A stretch of DNA of 64,000 nucleotides, from the sequence record KT919972.1; one strand, given 5' to 3'. Shown one piece after another: positions 44,315 through 51,043 of the stretch (position 1 is the stretch's first letter; every line of letters starts with the position of its first letter). The position numbers were made by a program, and so were the translations under genes. The notes below the pieces were generated by a model, which saw nothing but the letters and a program-made list of their open reading frames with translations, did not search any database and was not told the origin of the DNA.

Positions 44315-44419
44315 TGGCGCCGCTCGTGTGAATCGAACACACGTCAAACACAACACCTCTTCCACCCAATTAGAGTTTCGAAGTAAGAGCTAATCAGCAT
44401 TTCAGAGCAGCCGAGCGTT
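44315..44419 (-). ncRNA. atypical tRNA-like RNA
   Basis: T arm GTGTG-TTCGATT-CACAC, partial acceptor CGCTC/GAGCG, 3' GCCA; interior does not form a normal D/anticodon arm. Confidence 0.55.
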
Positions 44420-44559
44420 ATTTCTACATACAAGACTTCGACATCTCACATGCACTTTCTACTCGGTCCCAGTGATTCGGTACCAACGTAGGTTGCGAGC
44501 CTACGTCTGCACTAATGTTGGGAATACACTGTGTATTGTACGCCAGTTAGCGGCATTTT

Positions 44560-44790
44560 TTAAAGATAGCTGTCAAAAACATCATCACTGACTTCTTCAA
44601 TCTTGATGTCAGCGTAACATTCGTTCGCAACTGCTCGAATTTCATCTATTGAAACTGTACCTGAGTACAAAACAACAGAGTCGTTCGGAATCACAACATC
44701 ACACATGTATCTGTCAAACATTTCAGTTCTGAAATCGTAATCGACGTAGCAACCGTGCATTGATGTGATAACTAGCAATTTATGTGACAT
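44560..44790 (-). CDS. hypothetical protein
   Basis: GAGG SD; promoter TTGACA at about 44845-44850 upstream. Confidence 0.7.
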   Translation of the reverse strand: MSHKLLVITSMHGCYVDYDFRTEMFDRYMCDVVIPNDSVVLYSGTVSIDEIRAVANECYADIKIEEVSDDVFDSYL

Positions 44791-44868
44791 AATGTTTTCC
44801 TCGTGTAGTTGATAATGTGTATACTACACGTTGATGAAACGTCTGTCAACAACTTTTTCAATTTATTT

Positions 44869-44946
44869 TGGTGACCCCAACAGGACTCGAACCTGTAACC
44901 TACCGATTATGAGTCGGTTGCTCTAACCGTGTTGAGCTATAGGGCC
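44869..44946 (-). tRNA. tRNA-Ile2(CAT, lysidine type)
   Basis: GGCCCTA acceptor, ACCGA-CTCATAA-TCGGT; body resembles bacterial ileX. Confidence 0.88.
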
Positions 44947-44947
44947 A

Positions 44948-45316
44948 TCATTTCTCCAGAAATCGACCAACTTTCGCAGCGAAGATGTTTGCTTCTTCTG
45001 TAATACGAGCAGTCGATTTAATTTGATGAAAAGCGTCTTGTTGATGTAGCTCATCGAGCTTATCTGCACATTTCATCAATTCTTTTATAGTTTGCATAAT
45101 CTCAATATTATCAAACTGACTTGTATCAGGGTGATAATTTAGATTGTCTAATATCGGCAGAACTTGTTGATAGCAACCCATGCCAATGAAGTTTATCATA
45201 AGTCTATACTGCATTTCAACAGCAAATGTACAATATTTTCGAAGATTGCGCTTTACAATCTCACAACGATGCAATATACAATCAAGTTCGTCATTTATGT
45301 CATTAAACTTATTCAT
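44948..45316 (-). CDS. hypothetical protein
   Basis: GAGGG SD before MNKFND. Confidence 0.7.
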   Translation of the reverse strand: MNKFNDINDELDCILHRCEIVKRNLRKYCTFAVEMQYRLMINFIGMGCYQQVLPILDNLNYHPDTSQFDNIEIMQTIKELMKCADKLDELHQQDAFHQIKSTARITEEANIFAAKVGRFLEK

Positions 45317-45330
45317 AAACCCTCGAAAAT

Positions 45331-45455
45331 TGGAGGAGAGTACGGGATTTGAACCACGTGACAAAAAGATTTACCTAGTTATTAAGGTTTGCAGCATGAA
45401 TGCTTGTCAGTATTCTTTAACATTCTTTTGCTCTACCAGACTGAGCTAACTCTCC
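45331..45455 (-). ncRNA. tRNA body with the anticodon loop replaced by a ~54-nt module
   Basis: GGAGAGT acceptor, D arm, AAAGA/TCTTT stem enclosing GAATACT-GACA-AGCATTC-ATGCTGCAAA, T arm, TCCA. Confidence 0.7.
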
Positions 45456-45461
45456 AGAATT

Positions 45462-45580
45462 TGAAGGTGAAGTGCAGGACTCGAACCTGCGACCTCCGGC
45501 GTGCATGTGAATGCAGAATGAAATCTTATCAGACTTCGTTTTTTTTGGCCGGCATTCTAACCAACTGAACTAACTTCACC
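45462..45580 (-). ncRNA. Asp-like tRNA body with the anticodon loop replaced by a ~47-nt module
   Basis: D arm GTTC-AGTTGGTTA-GAAT, CCGGC/GCCGG stem enclosing GAAGTCT-GATA-AGATTTC-ATTCTGCAT; no CCA. Confidence 0.7.
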
Positions 45581-45594
45581 AATGTAAAAACATA

Positions 45595-45719
45595 TTGAGC
45601 AGGGTGCAGGATTCGAACCTGCGTCACGATCTTGGAAATGATATGCTAAATTGATTGCAGAATACAAACTTAACAGCTTGCGTTTATGCTACGTGTGCTA
45701 GCCACTACACCAACCCTGC
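45595..45719 (-). ncRNA. Gly-like tRNA body with a 49-nt insertion at position 28/29
   Basis: GCAGGGT acceptor, U73, residual loop ATTTCCAA; insert holds a hairpin + ATTCTGCAA; 17-bp extended acceptor duplex. Confidence 0.75.
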
Positions 45720-45793
45720 TCAATATGTTCTTGAGAGTGCTTGTGATTAACCACAAGCACCAAAAATCCTCTAGTTATATTTGCCTTAGCTAA

Positions 45794-45952
45794 TCAACAC
45801 AACCTGAAATCGTGCGCTTTATTTACGGGATGAATGACCCGTTCGCATATGATTAGCGCAAAAGTATGAATGCGCACCTTTTCTTCTTCAATGTCCAAGG
45901 CAAAGAGGACGATGAATACTAGTGCGAGAAGATATACAATCAAATTGTTCAC
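45794..45952 (-). CDS. possible small membrane protein
   Basis: GAG SD + GTG start, hydrophobic N-terminus. Confidence 0.4.
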   Translation of the reverse strand: MNNLIVYLLALVFIVLFALDIEEEKVRIHTFALIICERVIHPVNKAHDFRLC

Positions 45953-45976
45953 CTCGCTTGATAAGTGAGAGTACAT

Positions 45977-46099
45977 TGGTCGAGTGTAACGGAATCGAAC
46001 CGTTCCCACGATCTCCCTATGATATGCGTAAATTGGTTGCTGAATATAATCATGTCTGATTACAGTATGCTACGTGTGCTGCCACTACACCAACACTCG
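45977..46099 (-). ncRNA. Pro-like tRNA body (AGG) with a 49-nt insertion at position 28/29
   Basis: C1-G72, A73, CCA; loop AT-AGG-GA; insert holds a hairpin + ATTCAGCAA; 21-bp extended acceptor duplex. Confidence 0.75.
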
Positions 46100-46120
46100 A
46101 CCAATGTACTCTCGATATTT

Positions 46121-46259
46121 TAAATGTGCGCTACTTGCACGCCGACTGAGCGAATTTTAACTCAGCTAGTTTTTGATTGAGAATTCGTCCGCTAAGAGTA
46201 TCCCTGCACGCCAGAACGTATACTGGCTCCATGTATTCATTGCGGCTAACGCACATTTA
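46121..46259 (-). ncRNA. structured RNA with a long closing helix (variant GCCGCAA)
   Basis: TAAATGTGCGTTA/TAGCGCACATTTA, then GCCGCAA and two internal hairpins. Confidence 0.55.
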
Positions 46260-46266
46260 AAATATT

Positions 46267-46371
46267 ACTCATCTTCAGAGAAGAGGCAGAAACGATGAGT
46301 TTAGTCTGCTTAATCAATATTGTTCATCTTCAATAAGAGGCGAGAACGATGAACTTAGCTCGCTTAATCAA
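46267..46371 (-). repeat. tandem pair of ~50-nt pseudoknot-forming repeats
   Basis: two copies with compensatory stem changes, at the 5' end of the RNA-gene transcript. Confidence 0.75.
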
Positions 46372-46377
46372 CTGTGT

Positions 46378-46512
46378 TAATCTTAACATCATTTCAGTGT
46401 AAGTCAACAACTTTTTTTTCAAATATTTCATCGAGTTGAAAGTTTGTGTTCTGTCTCTCGACTCGATGAAATACATTCTACATGCTTTTCAGAATAAGTC
46501 AACAACTTTTTG
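46378..46512 (-). promoter_or_regulatory. tandem sigma70 promoters for the RNA-gene cluster
   Basis: two copies of AAAAAGTTGTTGACTTA followed by TAGAAT and TAAGAT -10 boxes, separated by a 13-bp inverted repeat (TATTTCATCGAGT/ACTCGATGAAATA). Confidence 0.75.
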
Positions 46513-46519
46513 AAAGTTT

Positions 46520-46774
46520 TTATACTGAAAGAATGATACCGCTTTCTGTCTCACCTCGTTCAAGCGCAGCGTGCTTGATTTGAAGCTGAGATACAGCTTG
46601 CTGAAGCTCAGTGATAGCTTTATCGTAAAGTTTGTTGTTCTCTTTAAGTAAAGCAATCTGATCGGTCTGCATACCGATGATATACGTCAATAATACAACG
46701 TTCTCTTCAGTAGTTAGAGTTTCGGGAGCTTCATTGTACTTCTTTAATACTGCTTCAGTAGATAAATCAGTCAT
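46520..46774 (-). CDS. coiled-coil hypothetical protein
   Basis: start overlaps the gp57B stop. Confidence 0.7.
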   Translation of the reverse strand: MTDLSTEAVLKKYNEAPETLTTEENVVLLTYIIGMQTDQIALLKENNKLYDKAITELQQAVSQLQIKHAALERGETESGIILSV

Positions 46775-47222
46775 TACTATCAACCCAATTTAAATCAAGT
46801 GGTTCAAGATATTCATCAACAAGCCGAACTTCAGCGTTGACGGACATAGGTGTGATCGCGTCGTCATAAGACAACGTAACGTGAGGGGTATAGTCAGGGT
46901 AGTCGTGAGTACCACCGATAGAGATAAGATCATCGTGACGTTCTACAAGTTCTGGACATACCATCTTAGCAACAACTGCATATTTGCCGTCTTGCGTTTT
47001 CCAACAGTCGATATGTTCAACAGTAGCAACGAAAGTGGTATCGACAACAGGTACATCAATTTGCTTACGACTATAAAGCACAGTCACGTGAAATTTATCT
47101 GGTTCTAACGGATTTTTTAGACGAAGCGTTTTCTGCAATCGAACTAACTCTTGCTTACTCGCCTCGTCTAATCTGATACCAACGTAAGTTCCCTGACTTT
47201 CAAGGAACTTAGATAGTTTCAT
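46767..47222 (-). CDS. acb1: 2H-phosphoesterase, T4 gp57B / anti-CBASS nuclease Acb1
   Basis: two HxT motifs (KFHVTVLYSR, YTPHVTLSY), WKTQDG and THDYPDY as in T4 57B; synteny 1-57A-57B. Confidence 0.9.
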   Translation of the reverse strand: MKLSKFLESQGTYVGIRLDEASKQELVRLQKTLRLKNPLEPDKFHVTVLYSRKQIDVPVVDTTFVATVEHIDCWKTQDGKYAVVAKMVCPELVERHDDLISIGGTHDYPDYTPHVTLSYDDAITPMSVNAEVRLVDEYLEPLDLNWVDSND

Positions 47223-47488
47223 TATTCAGCGTCTTTTTCTTGTTCGCCGTCGCCTTCAGCAGGACGTTCAGCTTTACCGGTTAGAATTGCGATTTCGTCA
47301 ACGTAGTTCTGTAGAGAACTTGCTTGCGTCTGATCGAAATCGAGTAGTTGAGCTAGTACACCCACGAACTGACCAAAAGAATTGCGCTCTTCTTGAAGAG
47401 TCTCTTGTAGGTCAAAGGTACGCACTTTAAGATCTTTGATTTGTGCGTCTTTCTGTTCGATTACTTGTTCAGCAGTTTGTTGTGACAT
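47222..47488 (-). CDS. gp57A: tail-fibre assembly chaperone
   Basis: LKVRTFD..E coiled coil; position between gp1 and 57B. Confidence 0.8.
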   Translation of the reverse strand: MSQQTAEQVIEQKDAQIKDLKVRTFDLQETLQEERNSFGQFVGVLAQLLDFDQTQASSLQNYVDEIAILTGKAERPAEGDGEQEKDAE

Positions 47489-47492
47489 GTTT

Positions 47493-48137
47493 TCACCTTA
47501 AATTTAAATTATCAATTTGTTCATACAGTTCTTCAAGAGAACCGTTATTGTCTATTTGAATAGCGTCTTCAATAAAACCCAATTCGGTATCGCTAATGTG
47601 ATTAGATGCCAGAGAACCTTCTCGGTTAACTTGTAACATCGTGCCACCAAGCTCATATACTAAATTCATTTCGTTTTCAAAACGAACATCAGTAATTATA
47701 AAGAGCAAGTCGGGGTTGTTAAACACTAACTGATTGTATTTATCACGTGCATAATTGATCCAATGCTGATCGTTAAGAGAACGTGCAACATCAGTACCTG
47801 TCATTTGTAAGAGATCTCGAATACTAAAAAGACCAGTGTGTGGAAGTAGAGTAAAGTATACGTAATCATAATCAGCATCTACGTTTGCGTAGTCACAGCA
47901 CTTCAATACAAGTTCAATTGCTTCGTCTAACGTAAATACTGGAACTTCGCGGTCACAATCTGTTTGACCGTCTATGTCTGCATAATCATAGCCATATTCT
48001 TTTAACCCAATGAACAACCCTTCTTTAATCGGGTCGGCAAATTTGTAAATGTAAGTGCTATCACTATGAGATTTTTTAATGGCAGCAGCAAGGGTATCTT
48101 TCCCTGAACGCTTTTGTCCATTGATTCCTATAATCAT
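47493..48137 (-). CDS. gp1: deoxynucleoside monophosphate kinase
   Basis: IIGINGQKRSGKDT, FADPIK, RDLLQMTGTD, ITDVRFENE, HISD. Confidence 0.93.
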   Translation of the reverse strand: MIIGINGQKRSGKDTLAAAIKKSHSDSTYIYKFADPIKEGLFIGLKEYGYDYADIDGQTDCDREVPVFTLDEAIELVLKCCDYANVDADYDYVYFTLLPHTGLFSIRDLLQMTGTDVARSLNDQHWINYARDKYNQLVFNNPDLLFIITDVRFENEMNLVYELGGTMLQVNREGSLASNHISDTELGFIEDAIQIDNNGSLEELYEQIDNLNLR

Positions 48138-48220
48138 AATGAGTTACCTATTAATAGTGTGTTTCGTCTCACGATTATACGACAGATCTGGTGGTTTCTA
48201 AACAATGCGACAAGGTGCCT

Positions 48221-48274
48221 ATTCTCTAATATTACTAATACCTCTAACTTCACTAAAACTACTAATACTACTAA
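48221..48274. repeat. six tandem 9-bp units sharing CTAA/TTAG
   Basis: ATTCTCTAA TATTACTAA TACCTCTAA CTTCACTAA AACTACTAA TACTACTAA. Confidence 0.7.
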
Positions 48275-48335
48275 GATGATGCCCAATTTTTGGGCCTCAC
48301 ACCAAATTCTGCCGCTTCGCTCTAGATTCAGATAC

Positions 48336-48358
48336 AAAAAAGCCCCGAAAGGGGCTTA
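48336..48358 (-). terminator. Rho-independent terminator
   Basis: - strand: AAGCCCC-TTTC-GGGGCTTTTTT. Confidence 0.85.
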
Positions 48359-48366
48359 ATTGCTTT

Positions 48367-48903
48367 CTATGAACCCATATAGGGTGTTATTACTTCTTCT
48401 TTGCCATCGACTTTATGAATCATTTCAAAATATGAATATTCAAACTCGACATCACAAGTTACGACTTCAACATCACCAGATTCAGTATAGTTCCATTCTA
48501 CAGCACTGAGTGACTTTGGGAATGCATTGACAAAACGATATGTTGCTACAATTTTATCTTTGTTGTTGTCTAGAACATGTAGAAGCATAGTAACTGGAAC
48601 AATCCCGTCACTTGTACTAGCACCTGTTGGGTTGTTCATTGTGATCAACCATCTATACAGCTCTGCATACGTACGCATTTCTTCATCGACTAGGAATTGG
48701 ATCGAAAGATCGTCATATGATGTACCAGAACCTGCAACATGGTTATTTGCTAGTTTGGCATACTTCGGACCACGAGTAATGCTTGCAATTTCCATCGTAA
48801 CACCCGGGATAGTGGCAGTTTGTATCTGCCACTGAAACGTTTGAGTTGCGTTATTATCAGGAATGTCGATTCGGAAATTATTCTTCATCGTTAAGTTTTT
48901 CAT
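48367..48903 (-). CDS. gp3: tail tube terminator / sheath stabiliser
   Basis: Q.ATIPG, YDDLSIQFLVDEEM..Y..LY.W, LHVLDNNK, F.NAFP..LS.VE, F.YSYF. Confidence 0.88.
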   Translation of the reverse strand: MKNLTMKNNFRIDIPDNNATQTFQWQIQTATIPGVTMEIASITRGPKYAKLANNHVAGSGTSYDDLSIQFLVDEEMRTYAELYRWLITMNNPTGASTSDGIVPVTMLLHVLDNNKDKIVATYRFVNAFPKSLSAVEWNYTESGDVEVVTCDVEFEYSYFEMIHKVDGKEEVITPYMGS

Positions 48904-50876
48904 TAATTCACCGTTCTTCTATTTGGTGAAGGCACTTTCGCTTCACTGTTTACGCTTAACGGTCTATTGAAGTTCGTTGTATTCTGAACTGAATTGACCG
49001 CATTGTTCACGAAGTTAGTTCCAACCTCTTTCGTTTGCTGTGCTGCTCGGAATGCTGCTTCTCGCGCTGCGACAGCTTCTAAGATGATTGAACGCTTAAC
49101 TTCTTGCATTGGCTTAATGATCCCCTCATTGATCATACGTTGACGTTCAGCCGCTACAATTGCGTCTTCTGCTATTTGCTTCTTCTCAACTTCAGCTTGC
49201 AAGAACTTGTCAAGAGATTCGGCAGACGTTGCTAAATTCTTAGCAGGGTCTTTGATAGCATCAGCAGCGTTCTTAGCACCGTCTATAACCGCTTGTGCTG
49301 TATTCTTAGCCCCATCAACGATCATATCCCCAGCTTTGCCTAGATAGTCTGTTTGATAACGCGCATTGAGTCTTTCACGAACTTCAGCTTTGTCAGCATC
49401 TAGTTTCGCTCTTTTACCTTCAATGTCAGCATCGGCTATGAACTTGTCCATGCCTTCTGAACGCATCCAGTCTGGTAATGCATTTAATGCATCAACTACA
49501 AATGATTTAACGTTTAACATCAAGTCATCTATTGCTAACATAAGCAATCTAAACGAATCAGGAATTGATAACCAACCAGCTATGATTTTGTTAATTGCAT
49601 TAACGTACATTCGGAAAGCTTTCTTAACGAAAGATACCACTGCATTGAAGCCAGATACAATTCCATCAACTGCACCTTCTGGTACTGCTTCTTGAATATT
49701 TTCACTGACAATACCGAACCATTCTCCGATACCTCGAACCATATCGCTAAACCAATTCGACACTATATTAAACAACATTTCCCGTTTTTCGGGGTCGCTG
49801 AAAATACTTTTCAATGCAACGAAGATTCGGTCGATTTCTTCTTCGAATAGCTTGTAAATACCATAACCTGCAAGCATACCTGCTAGTGCGAGTGGGTTTA
49901 GCATGATTGAAATCATACGACCTAGTCCTAAGAATGTTTGACGAACAACTGCCCACATCCATTTTTTGACCGTACCTCTCATGTCAGTTGCAAGGTCTTT
50001 GATGATTCCACCCGTCCCTTGACTAAACTTACCAAACCCTAATAGAATGCTTGAAGCAATACGACCTAGTCTACCGAATTTACTAGCCGTTGATGCAGCA
50101 TCTGCCATAGATGTTGAAAACTTTACTAATTGACCGCCTAGCATTATTAGACCTACACCAACTAGTCTGAACAACTTGGCAATCCACCCTAGCTTTTCAC
50201 CTGTTAAGTGATTCGCGATTCGACGTAGATCACTCGCTTGGTTGCGTTGTACTTTCATGTTTTCTTTGTAACGAAATTGCTCAGTTTTACGAGCACGAGT
50301 ATCAGTAACGACTTGATATGCAAATATCTTCTTGTATAACGCGCTTATAAAGCCCACAGTAAGCGGAGAGTTGTTACCCGCACCGTTCGTCAAGAAACTA
50401 TTTAAATCGTCGGCAGTCGTCTTCTGAAGCCCGATTATTCGCTTCATGTCATTGACTCTGAAGATCAGTCGTTCAAACCATCGAGTAAACCCCTCCTGCA
50501 TACGAGCAAACTGCATTTTTGCAGTCAATCGCATCTCTTGAATACCGCGATCAATTCTAGACAAGTGACCTTTGAAATCTAAAGTAGTTTTGATGATATC
50601 AGTTAGTGATATAATCGAAGCGCGGACTCTGTTTGATGTCTGTTCGAAGTTTTCAATGACGCGCTGAAATAGATTTTTCTGTTGTGCAACTGCCTTTTCG
50701 TTAGTTTTGAAGACCGATTGCATTGTTTCGAGCATCGTTGACGTTGTTATATCAATGTTGTTGATATGACGAGCCACACGCTGCATCGTGTAAACTTCAG
50801 GTCGGTCTTCTTGTTGGAGAATCAAATGATCTAATCTTCCGATTATCTCATTCATCTTTTTTTCATCAGCCGCCAT
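48903..50876 (-). CDS. tape measure / baseplate hub subunit (gp29-like)
   Basis: 657-aa helical A/G-rich protein with central hydrophobic segments, next to gp51/gp26. Confidence 0.6.
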   Translation of the reverse strand: MAADEKKMNEIIGRLDHLILQQEDRPEVYTMQRVARHINNIDITTSTMLETMQSVFKTNEKAVAQQKNLFQRVIENFEQTSNRVRASIISLTDIIKTTLDFKGHLSRIDRGIQEMRLTAKMQFARMQEGFTRWFERLIFRVNDMKRIIGLQKTTADDLNSFLTNGAGNNSPLTVGFISALYKKIFAYQVVTDTRARKTEQFRYKENMKVQRNQASDLRRIANHLTGEKLGWIAKLFRLVGVGLIMLGGQLVKFSTSMADAASTASKFGRLGRIASSILLGFGKFSQGTGGIIKDLATDMRGTVKKWMWAVVRQTFLGLGRMISIMLNPLALAGMLAGYGIYKLFEEEIDRIFVALKSIFSDPEKREMLFNIVSNWFSDMVRGIGEWFGIVSENIQEAVPEGAVDGIVSGFNAVVSFVKKAFRMYVNAINKIIAGWLSIPDSFRLLMLAIDDLMLNVKSFVVDALNALPDWMRSEGMDKFIADADIEGKRAKLDADKAEVRERLNARYQTDYLGKAGDMIVDGAKNTAQAVIDGAKNAADAIKDPAKNLATSAESLDKFLQAEVEKKQIAEDAIVAAERQRMINEGIIKPMQEVKRSIILEAVAAREAAFRAAQQTKEVGTNFVNNAVNSVQNTTNFNRPLSVNSEAKVPSPNRRTVN

Positions 50877-51043
50877 TATTGTTGTTCCTTATTCTTTTCT
50901 TTGATGTGATGTATAAGCTGTGCGGCATAGATTTCGCGCTCGAATAGAACCATTGTCTCTAAATCGTATAGCGAAAAATTGCCATGAGTGATCATGGCAA
51001 AGTTTTCTTTGTAATACTCTTCGAGTGAGTATCTACCGAGCAT
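50876..51043 (-). CDS. baseplate hub assembly protein (gp51-like; not in the ORF track)
   Basis: MLGRYSLEEYYKENFAMITHGNFSLYDLETMVLFEREIYAAQLIHHIKEKNKEQQ* (55 aa). Confidence 0.75.
   Translation of the reverse strand: MLGRYSLEEYYKENFAMITHGNFSLYDLETMVLFEREIYAAQLIHHIKEKNKEQQ

Noticed and set aside
37044-46009. Track ORFs running through tRNA genes (e.g. 37044-37280, 37720-38060, 38814-38996, 39258-39542, 40263-40601, 41057-41257, 41748-41951)
   Set aside because: They overlap clear cloverleaf tRNAs or structured RNAs and translate to typical tRNA-derived nonsense peptides.
46267-46320. CTGAAGA (hammerhead-like CUGANGA) in the tandem repeat, and a preQ1-II riboswitch call
   Set aside because: No correctly placed GAAA/stem II-III, and the second copy has TTGAAGA. 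The preQ1-II conserved linker nucleotides and a downstream SD/ORF are missing. Kept only as an unknown pseudoknot.
48134-48337. 67-aa hydrophobic ORF upstream of gp1
   Set aside because: TTG start inside a terminator tail with no SD; its LVV-type periodicity is explained by the 9-bp DNA repeat; it spans the gp1 promoter.
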